A stretch of DNA of 64,000 nucleotides from Isurus oxyrinchus (GCA_026770705.1 JANJGN010000035.1:7564001-7628000); one strand, 5' to 3'; shown: positions 39,104 through 52,324, counted from the first letter of the stretch. Made by a program: numbers and translations. Notes: a model not told the origin generated them from the sequence alone.

Positions 39104-40192
39104 TTGAGTATTTGAGATTAAAATATAGAGGAGCACAATTGTATACTCTTCTTCAGAAGACTATCAGTTATCAATTAGTAATGAAGAGCAAAAATGAATT
39201 TTGGAATTGCTTCAAAATGTAAATTGTTTAGAAAGATTGTGTATTGATAAAAGAAAACAATACTTTACCTCGCCCCTAACCCATCTCTCTGTCTCTCTCT
39301 TTTACTACCTTGCTCCCCCACCATCTCTATCCTTTCCAATCTCTGTCACTCACAGACACAAACACGCATATTGATAAAACATGGCAGATTATGTGTGCCA
39401 GATATCTAAAATGAATGGCAGAAACTTGAAATAGCTGCCACATTAGTTTTGCAATCAGCATATTACGTAGAGTTCCTTGCCTTGAATTCAGTACTAATAA
39501 GCCAACGAGACGCATAGGTATTTTTTTAAAAAACAAAATTAAAATTCTACTAATAGAATAAAAGGTTACAAACAATTCAAAGGTCTACAAATCATTACTA
39601 TAAGAACTATTAACGCCACTAAAAATCTGCCTGCCAATTACACCTCTGTTATATCAATAATAAAGAGATGAATAGATGCAAAGAGTTTTAAGCAGAAAAA
39701 GCAACTCGATACCCTCGATAGGAAGATTCGAAACGTTTTTTTTTTTCCCCAGCTTTGCCTCCTTAATGCACCGAGGCTGGAAGTTTTTTGTTAGGGCTTA
39801 AAATTATTTCCCCTCCTTAGACAGAAACTCATCTTCTTTACACATGTTTCTCCGTTTTACACATGAACACCACTGTGCCACTATTTATTTCCCACCGTAC
39901 TTTTCTCACAAGATAAATCATTTAAAGCATTCATATTATAAGTATACTTTTGGGGGGGGGGGGGGGGGCACCGTTTGCATTAACTTGTTAGCTGAGGACT
40001 AAAATCTTACCTTCATTGCTGAAATTCAGGCTAACCTAAATTATTTAATAATGCAAATGTTTTCCACACCTCATGTTCTAAAACTGCAGCCATATTTACA
40101 TATTTAGCATTTCAAACCTAGCTTCCCCTTTGAAGTCTCAAAAGTTCCAGACCAAATGCCTCCAAATGAGTTAATACTACCGATCACCACAG

Positions 40193-40194
<2 letters not shown>

Positions 40195-40249
<55 letters not shown>

Positions 40250-40256
40250 TACACAT
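40195..40256. repeat. (CA)n microsatellite
   Basis: Direct CA run. Confidence 0.97.
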
Positions 40257-40459
40257 GTGGACACAGGTAAACTAATTGAAACCTCACTATTAACCCACTT
40301 TTACTAAACATCACAACAATACTATGAAAATTAAAATACTTTCACGACTCAAACACATAATGAAACACAAAACACGATTTTGTAAATTCGCAGACATTAT
40401 TTGCAATTTCTATGCAGTTAAACATGCACCATTAATGTGATCCATTTTTTAATCACTGG

Positions 40460-40651
40460 AAGTAAAAACTTAATGGTCTCACAGATGATTCTGGCAATGC
40501 GCGTTTTCTCTCTCCGTGCAATCAGTTCGTTGCCAGAACTGGATCTTAGTAATGTTAATATGGATTCCGAGCAGGCCAGTCAACTTACTGACAAATCTGT
40601 TCCTGCATTGAATCTCCTCATTCAGAATCAGGACTACTTGACAGAAATCAG
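40460..40651 (+). pseudogene. LRR exon
   Basis: NGLTDDSG/..SLRAISSLPELDLSN...LTDKSVPALNLLIQNQDYLTEI, donor ag|gtgagt. The 5' boundary is uncertain. Confidence 0.8.
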
Positions 40652-41599
40652 GTGAGTGCAATGTTGAAGAATTATTAATTAAATGTTTATCCAACATTTA
40701 TATATCTCGCTTGCATGTACATTTTAATAGTCTTTTAATGGAAAATGAATTATTTTAGCGAGAGGAGGTGGTGGTGGATATGTCTGTTTCAAGTCAATGG
40801 TTTCAATGACATCACGGTAAAGTTACTGCATTCGAAATCCAGTGATCTGGAACAAAGTATCCACATTATGAGTTGCAACATATCAAGGCAGTAAGGCAGC
40901 TTACTTAAGGAATGTCAAGAAACATTCCGTCTCAAGAACAATGATCTTGGACGTACCAGAATGTTGAAACATAATAGTAATCTGAGCTAGAGAGTTGCTC
41001 GTTCTGAATTTAATTTTGCATGGGCTCCAATTCATTGTGTTCATTAATTGAATTGAAATGAAAAGAGCACTCATGGTGCCGCGGACGGGAGGTGAGGTTG
41101 AGGTGGGGGGGGGCGTGGGGGGGTGCGGTGGGGGTGTGGGAGGGGGAGGTCGCTGGTCGTGATGTGTGGTGTTAGGGTCTTGGCAGGCACTGAGCAGAAT
41201 TGTTCTCTACTGCTGGTCGTTTGCATATTTTATTCAAAATGCACAGTAATATGGTTGTCTCGCAACAGCTGCCTGAAAAATTCCATTTAGCTAAAGAAAA
41301 AGTATGACTGAGATGGTCGCGTTTTGGCAAAGTCAATGGACAGCAAGCAAGTTGACAAGGCGAATGAGCACCACGCAACCCATCAAATCACTCCCTCCCA
41401 CCCCTACCATTCTCACCTGCTGCAACCACCTCCCCACCACTCTTCACTCCCAGACCCAACACCCGCCTGCATAACCATTAGAGTTGTTGTAATTTGAATT
41501 CATTTGATTAATATGTCGAATTGTGGCCAATGCAGCATTAATTTCAGTACTAGCGACATGAAGCTATCCTCGATTTTTCCCAAACCGTATCTGGCTCTT

Positions 41600-42350
41600 T
41601 CTACCGGTTGGGAAGCAAATCTGCCATTCTTACCTGGATTGTCTACAAGTGATACCAGACGCAGGGCAATGTGGACCACAGAAGCAATAAATGGTGCCCT
41701 TCACAGTGACGTCCACATCTTCCAGCCGACCCTGAAAATTCCTTCTCTCCAACATCTGTTAACTATTGACAAAACAAAGAAAAGAGTGCTGTACAAATAT
41801 ATTAATGAATAACAGGCTGACAGGATTATTCCACTGCAGCAGACCAAACGTGGAAAATGTTTTCCTGTCAGCACTTTCCCGTGACATTGAAATGACGGAC
41901 GATCCAACTATGTTCACAAAGTGATACATAATATGGAAGGAGGCAGTTAGGAGATTCTTCGAAATTGTCTCGGGATACCATGAAGTTGCTTGCTGTCGGG
42001 GCAAGCACAGGAAAGGCAACAGTAGTGCCATAAAATGGTTGCAGCAAAAATGGGGAACATACAGCTCGTTCTGTCTGTGATGGCTATCTGCCAGAGCAAT
42101 AATTCTTAATTATTACCAATTAAAACAATCAATGAAGTGGGAATCAGTCTTCCTCCCTCTTGAACGCGATAAAAAGAACCGTGAGTCTAATAGGTTTGGA
42201 GGGACTTCAGTTTCCATTACCAAACGAAGCCCAGTCGCAGTCTTACTTCCCGACCTGGCTAAGCAGGAATAACATATCATCTAGACTGTGCCTGTGGGAT
42301 TTGATGAGATTTCCTCCTGAGTGACAACTTGCTAGATTTGTTTTAATCAG
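41600..42350 (+). mobile_element. Possible R4/Dong-like (restriction-like endonuclease) non-LTR remnant
   Basis: Decayed W...INGAL..IDK, AADQT, EIVSGY....RKGN (cf. HIVSGC..RHN) and L.PDL motifs in order. Confidence 0.4.
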
Positions 42351-42379
42351 CAATAAACCGCATAAATTTAGTGTTCAGA

Positions 42380-43100
42380 GTGATCAACCTCCAATTTCGT
42401 ATGGAAAGAGGGAAACATTTACGTATTGAGGACATCCTGCAGGTTGTTGTGTGGCAGTGTCAATATGCCATATGTGATAGTTTGAAACGGATCTGCCATC
42501 TCAGTTCTCGCAATCCATGGTACATTGCAGGCCAGCGGCAGAGCTATATTAGTGATCATTCATCAACAGCACGTTCATGTACCATACCGTATCTTTTTAA
42601 TCATTGCAGCTAACCAAGCCTGATACTATGAGCAGTGTCGGAGTGCATACCATTAGTATGAACAGGGATAGTTTAACCTAAGAACCCAGCCTAGTAAAGC
42701 AACAGCACATCACTACAATCACAATATCTAAACACCATTTGATAGAAAATGCTACAGAAAACAATGGCGAAGTCCGTGCAAAGCTCTGTAGCCCTGCCCA
42801 TTCCACCTGCGTATCATAATCGACGTTGAATCAATAACCATATAGTAATGGTCGACACATATCTGCACTCTCAATTTCTGTTATCAAAGAACATCCTTGC
42901 CAAATGGCTGCGTGGAATTATTGCAACCCTCATCAGCTAGATGTACGGAGTTTATGATCCATCACCATACTTGAAGTTCCCATCATCCTGCTAAATAGGT
43001 GATATTAAGAAACAACTTAAAGGCTTGAATGCAGGAGATGCCCTGACAAATTTGACACGTTATCACTTTAGACTTTACTTCAGGCAACAACCACAAGTCT
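42380..43100 (+). mobile_element. CR1/L2-like LINE ORF2 (post-endonuclease) fragment
   Basis: EDILQVVVWQCQYAICDSLK.D (cf. EDTLHRVVWHYHRAKWDRFRTDL). Confidence 0.65.
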
Positions 43101-44599
43101 TACTTCACTGTTCATTTCACGTTGTATGCCAAGCAAACACGTGAACAAAGTCCGTTACTTACGGCCTACAAAGTGCCCAGTCTACCTCAGATGAAACCAA
43201 GGGCAAAATAGCTAAAAAAAAAGAGAAACAAGCGTTTCACCCGGCTACTATATAGTAGCAAACTGAGTGGTATTTGCCACTAACATGAATTTGTTGTCAA
43301 GACAAAAAACAAACTGTTCTACCTGTCTCACAAACTCCCTGCCATTGCAGTTATGTAGGCCTTACGACCCTAATATTCGTGGATGATATCAAGCAGCATG
43401 TCCGTCCTGCCGTTCGCAATGGACAAAGTACAGACTGCACCCAACCAGCCTGCACGTGCATAACTCGTTAAAAACTTTGAGAATTAGATGTGATTCCGCA
43501 ATTGAGCAACATTTGCGAAATAATCATCAATGTGCTTAAAATTACTATGATAACGTGTTTAGCATTGTCAGTGTGGCACGCAGTGTGGTGCATTGGTCTG
43601 TGCTGGATACTATTTACATAATTGCATACGGTCATGTTTCTTGTGGGAAGAAAGAAGATGCACACACATTGCACATATTTCAGCTAAACAAATTAAGTAG
43701 TAGCCATTCGCTGCTTCACTCCTCACTGCAATGCCATGACAAATCACAATCAATGGTTTAAATTTTAAACCATTCTTGGCAGCTACCTGTCTGTCATCAT
43801 TAACCTGTGCATTCTCCATGGCAACACATCCACTATCAGTGTCTGAATGCCAATCAACCAGCACTCTTTCATCATAAAGTATAAATACTTGCTTCCGCTG
43901 GGATTCGTATTCTGGTCATTCTCCTGATGAATAGAAGAGAGAAAAAAACGACATCACAAATGAAGCCTCATGATGTTTGGAGGTCATATTGTCTAACCTA
44001 CTTCTGTGCAGTTTTAAATATTTAAAATCACTTTGAAACTCAGAATATGAATGGATTTGAAACTCACATATCAAACCTAATATGACCTCTTAAAAGAAGT
44101 GCTGGAAAACATACAGGTTTGGCCCTATAAGTCGCAAGCAAACTGCTGCCACATTAGTGCGAGTAAGTGAGTTTCCCATGAAGGAAACTAACTCTGCTTG
44201 TTGTTAAACTGCATTCCATTCGTCGGACCCTCCACTACAATATTCTGATGCTTACCATTAAAGAGAAGCTTATCTGAATCAAGTCTATAAAAAAAATTCC
44301 TAAAGTGAAGGAATTTGTCAGGGAAATCTGTGCCCAGAAACTCACCACCAAATTTCATAAAAGCCTGCAGTGCATCTATAAGGTACAATGTAACTGTGTA
44401 ACGAATACGCAGCAGTTTGCTGATAGAGTTCAGAGTTTAGAGTTAAAAAGCTACAGTCCATGTGGGGAAAAGCATATGGCTTGATTAAACACCTAATCCA
44501 CTCAGGTAATCTTTGCATCCTCCACCATTGGCTACAGTTCATGCATTGTGCACTTTCTACAAGGTGCATTACAGGGTCTCGCCTGTTCAGCTACTGCAA

Positions 44600-44860
44600 A
44601 TCATAACAGACCTATAAACTAAAACAGCAGAAGCCATGACATACAGGAGCCAATCGATCTTCCATTTCCCCTCAAAGCAAATCTGATTTCGGATTTTGAA
44701 TGGATGTGTTCCTTCACTGAAGACGTGTAAAAACCCCGAAACTCCCTTCAAAAAGCATTGTGGGAGTACTTGTCCCAGAAGGATTCAACCATGCTTCTCA
44801 CTAACTTCTTACGACGGGAATTAAGGATGAGTATTAAGACTTGCCTTGACAGCATTGCTT
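44600..44860 (+). mobile_element. CR1/L2-like LINE 3' end
   Basis: aactcccttcaaaaagcattgtgggagtac...ggaattaaggatg, the typical 3' terminus of this family. Confidence 0.6.
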
Positions 44861-45004
44861 CTAAAATTTGAGGCTGCAGATACAGAAAACCCATGTGGGC
44901 ATTTATTTTTGAAGTTCATAATATTACTATGTTTTATGCATAGAATATTCGACACATTATTGAGACCTATATTCTCTATGATAGTTTTCCTTCATTTTTT
45001 TCAG

Positions 45005-45197
45005 TTTGAGAGGCAATCAGTTCTCAGAAGAAAAGCATAAAGCTTTGAATTCGGGCAATGAATCAGTGCACTTGACAGTAATTAGGAATGAATGTCTGCT
45101 TATGTTTTGCTTTGCACATATTTTGATTAAATGCTTTACGAGATGGTCCCTGAACAATGGTTCCTTTACTGAACACTTTGTCGTGATGAGCTGTTAA
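45005..45197 (+). pseudogene. Terminal LRR-cap exon of the NLR
   Basis: Strong acceptor ttttttcag. In phase 2 it reads LRGNQFSEEKHKAL...LTV, resembling NLR last exons (L..NQFS..G...L). Confidence 0.65.
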
Positions 45198-45287
45198 GAG
45201 AAAAAAAGAAATGAGAAACGAAGGTTAAAAAAATACAATTCCGACTCTTTCACTTTGCTCCTTTCCCATCTGAACGGCTGAATTAGT

Positions 45288-45780
45288 TCAGTCTTGCGAG
45301 TTGAAAGTTGCCATGTTATTCCATATTTTTGCTACTCTTTTTTTCACCATTGGAGATATGACATTTCGCGTTATTGGTGACCATATTGGCATTGGCATAG
45401 CTGCCGATCTGAGCACTTCGGTTTGGTCAGCAAGTGTGAGCATGAGTTCCTGGCAGCTGGCCTTTTTAGTTTGCCATCCCACTCTCAATAGACAGTCTAT
45501 GCCCTCAGCCAGTTAATCAATGGATCTAAGTAAAAGCTCAAGGGATACAGTTGATGTTTTGATGCCCTGGAGCAACTTTTAGATCAATCATTTGAGGTTA
45601 TGGAAATGGGTCCCCAATATTCAGTCAGCACTTGCCGCGAGTTCCTCGAATGTAGCCAAGGAGACTACCTCATTTGTTGTTTCAGTGAACTAAGATCAGA
45701 GATTTAGTTTTCAGGTGTCTGGTTCAGCAATTTTGCAACTTCCTATTCAAAGGCGACAATATGACCACAACTTCTAAGAC
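45288..45780 (-). pseudogene. Terminal exon, amphipathic four-helix bundle (FAT / GIT-PBS / ABL-FABD-like)
   Basis: Acceptor tttttattccag. It reads ..TFEELAASAD*ILGTHFHNLK*LI*KLLQGIKTSTVSLELLLRSID*LAEGIDCLLRVG..CQELMLTLADQTEVLRSAA..MVKKRVAKIWNNMATF..*. Confidence 0.55.
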
Positions 45781-45871
45781 CTGGAATAAAAATCAATAAG
45801 TTTCATGTTTGTCCAATAGTAATTGGGTTCCATACATTTTCTTCTTATGACATGCATTTTTTAAACATTAC

Positions 45872-47190
45872 CTTCGTTTTCCTAAGTAATAACAAAACTG
45901 CTGATCACTTTGCTGTAGAGCAGTAGAGTTCACTTTGTTAAGACATCCCAGAAACAGTTCACTATATTTCGTACGGAATGAGATCTGCACCGTTGGGCCT
46001 GTTATCTTCCGAATGACACAATGAGCTGATGTATGTGCTGGCTTCCCGTGGTACTTTCTGAAAGCAAAAGCTTGCTTTGAATGGATTGTATACACTCAGC
46101 ACTGCATTATAATGTTAACTTCAACAATGAACCTTCAGAATTGAATGCTTGAATTAAAAGGACAACATTGATATTAATGCATTTCAGGTAATGTTCTCAC
46201 CCTCCCCACCCCTCTCCACGCCATGCTATTATAAATGGCTCCAATTAATGAAGCTGCCAGTCATGCTGCCAGTCCAACGCGAGTTCCATAGCGTTATGTC
46301 ACATAACAGATGTTCAAGCTGTCCAGAGTGGAAATAATTTCAAGCCGACCCATTTCCAACTTACAGCAATGTGATTGCCTTTATTGAACCACCCCGCTGA
46401 TCACTTTTTACTCCTTGCCCGCAGATGTCTCTGTTCTTTCCATTTTGTTCAATAATCATTTAATAATTGAAATCCGTTGCTCTGTGCCTTTTGTGCTTTC
46501 CAGAATTGGGTTCAGTCAACAAACGCAATTTCGGGGATTCCTTCCTCTGGTAACGACCGTGCGAAGCCTCCATTGTCTTAAAAGCTGCTAGGGATCATTT
46601 TGTCGACTTGAACAAAAGCTCTCACCACTTGCTTTCTGCTGGCTAACACTATACCTCCCCTTCCCTTGCTTTACACAGCAACTGCTCTCTGTCTTTCCTC
46701 CTCTCTCTCTCTCTCTCTATCTGTCTATTTTTCTCTCTCTCAGACACATATAACACACACACAAAACCCCCAATCTTTCCCAAAGGAATAAACGGTGAGA
46801 CGCCATGGTTTAAGGCATGTAAAGTCACAGAACATATAAATTCAACATCGACTTTTTGTTGTTTGCGCAAGAACTTCTGAGTCCGCATGTCAGCCAGGGT
46901 TAATTACAGCTATTTTTATGCCATCAATTTTAAATCTAATGCATTACTGTGAACAGTTTTGCACTAGCCCCATGTCCCCAAGAGAACAAGTTCACATATT
47001 CTTATTGACGATCAGAACTAATAGGAGGACAGATACCACGGTCATCATCCCATTTCAACGCCACAAAATAAGTATATGTTAATCCAAGCAAAAGCCTTAC
47101 TACTCCCCGCATTTCAAACCACAGTTGCAAACCAGGGTTCATATTCGATTGTTAGCTTCGCTTTTTTTCTAATCAATCACAGGAAATCAT
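45872..47190 (-). pseudogene. C-terminal SNX17/SNX27-type FERM exons
   Basis: 47190-47101 DDFL*LIRKKAKLTIEYEPWFATV (F1); ~47060-46800 ..FLRKQQKVDVEFI..HG (F2); donor at 46365; 46057-45872 HQLIVSFGR/GPTVQISFRTKYSELFLGCLNKV (F3; cf. SNX27 IFTPYFNYMHECFERV). Confidence 0.55.
46682..46762. repeat. (CT)n/(CA)n compound microsatellite
   Basis: Direct dinucleotide runs. Confidence 0.85.
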
Positions 47191-47199
47191 CTGAGGCTT

Positions 47200-47580
47200 A
47201 AGGATGCATATGGCTTTCAATGTGAAGAAGTGTGAGGTGATCCATTCCGGTCAGATGAAAGTGAAGGGGGGGGGGGGGGGGGGGGGGGGGGGGAAACAGC
47301 TTGCAACTCTAAAGGAGGGGCAGGAGAAGAGGAATCAGTGTGTTTACGTGCTTCAAACGTTGAAGGCTCAGGGAAGCTTTAGCCTAAATTTGATAAATAT
47401 GCAGTAAACTAGGTTCATCAACAGCAGAGGTTATGCTGAATGCATTTCGTTTAAATGCTGGCTTTAGCTGCAGTGTTGAGTCCAGTTCTGGGCTTGACAC
47501 TTTAGAATGGATGTGAAGGCATTGGGCAGAGTGCAGACTAGGTTTATAAAAATGTTTCCAGCAGTGACAATGTCAGTTAA
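47200..47580 (+). mobile_element. CR1 fragment with poly-G expansion
   Basis: MAFNVKKCEVIH.G, then L..CVQFW-like motifs; G-run at ~47266-47293. Confidence 0.8.
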
Positions 47581-47831
47581 AAGCTCAGCATAATCTCGAT
47601 GTGTCCTGTACGCTATCCTTCTATGTTAAGGGCACTACATGCTCTAGTAAATGCTCTATCCCGCTCACCTTCCACCTGCAAAGATCTATGCACATAAGCA
47701 CACAGATCCCGCTGCTGCTGCACCACCGGAATAATGTTTCACCTTATTTTGTATTCATTCTAACTGTATCCCTTAGTTAACTCTTTCCCAGTTGTTTCTA
47801 AGTGTTTCGTGGCAGCCCAGTGTTCCGATAC

Positions 47832-50800
47832 CCTTCGTTATTAAAGGTTCAGGCTTATAGATCTGTCAAGATATTTTAGTTGAATCAGTCATTTTCACAG
47901 CTGTATTACAAAAATTAAATTAATTTCCGCTGTCGTCTTTCTTATCAAATTTAGCAGCTCCACTTGCCTTTTCTCAACATCACTTGGGATGCAAAACACT
48001 TAAAGCACCAGATCTTTTCCCTCTGAATCTCAACACTTTCAAAGGATCACTTCGTCATTTTTTGTACAGTCACAATCGTAGAAAATAAACCAAAGTTCAA
48101 ATTAAGTTATTTTATAGAAGGTCCAGCAACCGGCATTGATTCCCTGCATCGATAGATTTTTTATGAAAATAAACTTGGGAAAGGTTATCGCCATCACATA
48201 CCACCACTAATGTTAGAACTAAAAACACACAGGCCAGCCATGATCTTCTAGAATGACAAAATAGTCTCAACTACTTCTGCTCCTTATCGTATGTTGGTAT
48301 GTTCCTAAGTAACATTACTCTAATATGTTAAAATATAGGGAAAAATCCCGTGGATGCTGCTAATCTGAAGAAAAGTAAACAATAAAATAAAGAATTCTGT
48401 TAAGACAAAATAAGTCTTTCAGCATCAATGTAGACAGAAACCGAGTTAACGTTTATAGACCAAAACAGAAGCTTGGCACAGAAGAGGCCATACAGAGTCG
48501 AAACGTGGGATAAATAACACAGTTCGGCGGGAGAGGCGTGGCCTGCATCTGGAAATCCATAGCAACGTCGTGGCCTGCGTTCAAACTTGCCATGTGATAT
48601 TCTAATTTATTCAATTGCCAATAGGGGGCGTATTTAATGCCGACAGCGTTTGATCACGCTTTTCAAGTAGCGCTTTAGGGTAGGCTTCTGGCCTCAGTGG
48701 TGATTTGCCGTGAGCCGGAACGCGGTCAGAGCCCCTGGCACAAAGGTGTGTCAGGCGACCTCGAAAATATCAACACTCTGCCCAGTAATGCAGCATTTTT
48801 AAACAGGAGATATTTGTTGTCCTTTAAGGTATGTGTGTATTTTTGCAATTACTGTTGTAGCCATTTTTTGAACATTGTGCAGAGGTGCCTTCCTTTTTGA
48901 CCATTAACTGTTTTCCCACATGTTTACATAGAGGAATTGCCTTCTTGTGGCATGTTTCCCTAAAGATGTGTCCATACCATTGAATCGAATGGAATGGCAA
49001 GGGAGAGGTGTCAAACCAAACCCTATATTTAATAAGGACACGCTGCGTAGCCTCCTCCCCGCTTCTTCAAACCTACAGAATTAACTAATGCCATCCATGC
49101 GACCAGCTCCGTGGCCTTCCACTCATCTGCCCTCAGTGCCAGATAAATGGTCACCACTTTCTTCTAGGGTATCCCTTGTCTGGATGGAGAGAGATTATGA
49201 ATGCAGCAACGGCCTACATCTGTGACCTGCGCACATAATGCACGGTACTGTCATATTCAAAAATCTATAAAGGCAGCTGAGTCAAATTTTCCAGAGGCGA
49301 TCGTCTATCCTAATATGGCCCTGGTGCTTCCAGGATTGTCATTGTATCTCCTCTCCGAATCTGTTCCAAATGTCTACAGATGTCTTATGAGGCACATATT
49401 CAATGCTAGTCCCCCACAAGGCATCCCCCTTGGACATCAGGACCACCAAATAAATCTGGCACCTCTGTGTTCCATAGCAATCGTGGCTGTTCCCGGGCAC
49501 CTGGTGCCTACAAGCACTATCTTCCAAAAATGATCACAGATCAGCCTGACGTTCAGAGAATGGTAGCCCTTCCTTTTAATCAAGGTACAGGCTGTCAAGT
49601 ATGAGCCCCACTGTGGATGCGCCCAATGCCCAAGTTTCACTGTACCTTGCATCCCCATTGGCTCTTTCAATTTACTTTGGTTGCCTATTGTTTCACAGAT
49701 GTACGTCCCTTCCAGTGTAGGCATAGCGTTAGAGAAGACCTTAATACAGTCGCATTGAAAAGGTGGCGGTAATGCACTGCTGTTTGCGCATGCTGCCTGA
49801 ATGGGACCTGTCATGAAGAAGTTCAGCGTAGCATTACAGTTAATTGCGGCTGCATTCCAGAACATCATCCCCCAACTGCAAACCCACCAACCACTCCCCC
49901 AAAACCTACGGTGTTGGAGAAGATCTCCCCTATCAGCCTTTCAAAGAATGGTGTCTCTGAGAATCTTGAAAGCCTAAGCATTCTCTTGCATTAGTTTTGT
50001 GACGTTTGCAGATAGCTCAAACCCTGTGGGAGCTGTGTAGGACGTTCTGCTCCCCCGCTGAGAATACTTAACTGCTCATGACTCTCATCTCCCTCTCAGG
50101 ACTCTCTTGCCCTTTCATACAGAACCAGTGCATCCTAAATGCCCTGTTCTTCCCAGCTTCCTCTCACTCTCCTCTCCATCTTTCTCTCACTGCAGGTTGT
50201 GTCTGCACCCGGGAACACAATCCCCATCTCACTCAACTAATTTCAACCCCGAGAAAATGTCCAGGAACTAATTATGTCAAGCAGTGCAGCAGCCTCTAGG
50301 TTATATGATTTTATATTTTTTTCCTGCGGTCGTTCAATGAACTAACCACAGCTGTTACAGCATCTACTCATTCCTTAAGTGAGACACGGTGCGCTGTGCA
50401 ATTGTTGATCTCGCCCCAACATCATTCCCCTTAAAAAAAACACACAGCGAGAATCTAACTCAAATGTACTATAGCGTTTGCATTGTTTTATGCCGTCAAT
50501 TAGGGCGTTAAGGGCTATGAATATACCGTTACTTGAGATTTGCATAACGCGATAGGGGTTCCATGTTTTAAGCTGGCCCGCATGCCGTCATACACAGAAG
50601 TGGCATGATGGCGTCGGGAATGTCGCCAAAGTTCATCACACTCGATAATGCATCTCCAGATGTGCGAAACACTCCTGCTTTGCAATCATATTGTTCTGCC
50701 CACTAACTCTTTCTTTTCCACAAATGCTGCCAGACATCTGAGTAATACGAGCTTTTTATGCATTTTTTATGTCTCTCGTATATTAATTTCAGTGAACGAA

Positions 50801-51013
50801 GATGGGAATATTTCACCTTTGAATATGTTAAGATTTAAAATATATATGTATCTGTACTATGAACTATTCCAGCAATTGATGCTTTAAGCGTTACTATTTG
50901 ATTCATCTTTAATGATGATCACTGTCTATTCTGAATGGCAGGCAATGTGCTCCTTCTAAAGCTACCCTCTTGATACTAATTTTTTCACAATCTTCCTCCA
51001 TATATCATTCCCT
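47832..51013 (-). pseudogene. PDZ domain split over two exons (51013-50895 and 48077-47832)
   Basis: ISIKRVALEGAHCLPFRIDS, then IVTVQK../EGKDLVL*V..IP......VELLNLIRKTTAEIN. The acceptor of the second exon is mutated (tctac). Confidence 0.55.
48500..50640 (-). mobile_element. Harbinger/PIF DNA transposon with decayed HARBI1-type transposase
   Basis: ORF 49437-49868 reads IKRKGYHSLNVRLICDH...RCPG; PGNSHDC in another frame; DKGYP at ~49170-49185; GC-rich ends. Confidence 0.85.
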
Positions 51014-51156
51014 CTAATAGCCATAAGATATTTGTCTCCAAATATCACTCATAGCATCCATACCCAATTTTGTACGACATAGGGGAGCATCTGTCTCTCC
51101 CTTTCTGCGATCTCACTCATTGTAACCAATGTTCTGTTCATTATCACTCTTCTTAC

Positions 51157-51803
51157 CTCTGTCGTTTTCTGTGAGTTTGCAAACAGTGGCTTACTACTAG
51201 TCTCTTGATTGTGAAAACATTCATAATCTTCTGCCATTATTTCAGCGATCCTTACTTGCTAAATTTACGGTGTTGCACATGAGCCATTTTGTTCGAAGGT
51301 TCTCTATTTCTTCTGGTTCAACATTTTCCTCAGCAACGCCACACTTTTTTTTCAATGCCCAGTCAAAAGCTCAGAGATCGTTGGAACCACGTAAAGCAAT
51401 ACCGTTTTGTTCTCAAATTTAAAGAAATTCTGGTTCTTACCCTCCCTTAAATTTCTGAAATGTTTTCCGCACAACTTTGTCACTAACTCTTCGGAATTCA
51501 GGTCAGCAGATTGGCCCCGATGACAGTCCTTCCACTGAAAGACTTCAATAAAACTCTAATGCATTGACCAGACACACAGACTGAAGTAAAACAGCTTCAC
51601 TTGATGTTGGCTATCACCGATTTTTAGCATCTTTCTTAAATGACACAACGCCCATGCAAAATCATTCGTGGCAGAGCATGGTCAAGAATTGAATAATAAT
51701 TCAGAAGATTGAAAGCTGGAATCGTCATCAATATGTACATCCACGCCGATATTAGGTAATCTAAGCGTATTTCTGACCAATTCAAATGACATTGCTTCTG
51801 CGC
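51157..51803 (-). pseudogene. RGS-like domain exons (51803-51441 and ~51390-51157)
   Basis: A 363-nt phase1-1 exon with only two stops: AMSFELV...FYFSLCVW...LNSEELVTKLCGKHF. The next exon reads ..QVRIAEIMAEDYECF (cf. RGS Q..I..LME.DSY.RF). Donors are gtaaga. Confidence 0.55.
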
Positions 51804-52324
51804 CTGCACAGAATTGTTCGATTCTCAATTCTGCAGTATCCCTGCAATTGGATACGTACTGTCGGGCCGACGTCGGGCATGTTGATGTTGGGCAGCTTTA
51901 CCGACGAGATTGTGGCGGTTTTGCACAGTACTGCAGGCTGATGGGCTGAAAAATCAGAAAACTTCAGCATAATGTAACTAACTTGGGATGCTTAGGATAG
52001 GGTTTTATGGCCCACGTCAGAGTACCTCAATGCAGTGGTTTGCTTTTTACAACGTTAGCGTAAGAAATCTGGTAGGTCAGCCCAACACCTACCCATCAAC
52101 CCTCAGCTGACCCTCATGATCTTGTGGCGGAAAAAGAGTCCTTCGTACACCTGTTCATAAGCCGTTTGAGTCGGTAATGTAGTCCACCTGAGTGTATGGT
52201 TATCCCTTTGCCGAAAGAACACATACGATTGGGGGCTGAGGGTGGGGGGGGAGTTGGGTTGTGTGGTAGGCCGCTGGCCAACGCACAACCTTAGCAGCTG
52301 AACTGAAAGGCATGAATGAAGTAC

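Larger units (their letters stand above)
35115..45197 (+). pseudogene. NLR (NACHT-LRR, NLRP3/NLRC3-like chondrichthyan expansion) pseudogene
   Basis: Possible death-fold exon at ~35115-35430, NACHT exon 35580-37244, LRR exons 39018-39103 and ~40460-40651, terminal exon from 45005. Phase-2 junctions are consistent. Multiple disablements. Confidence 0.9.

Noticed and set aside
49437-49868. Domesticated HARBI1 gene
   Set aside because: It is frameshifted and embedded in a transposon-like unit inside an intron.
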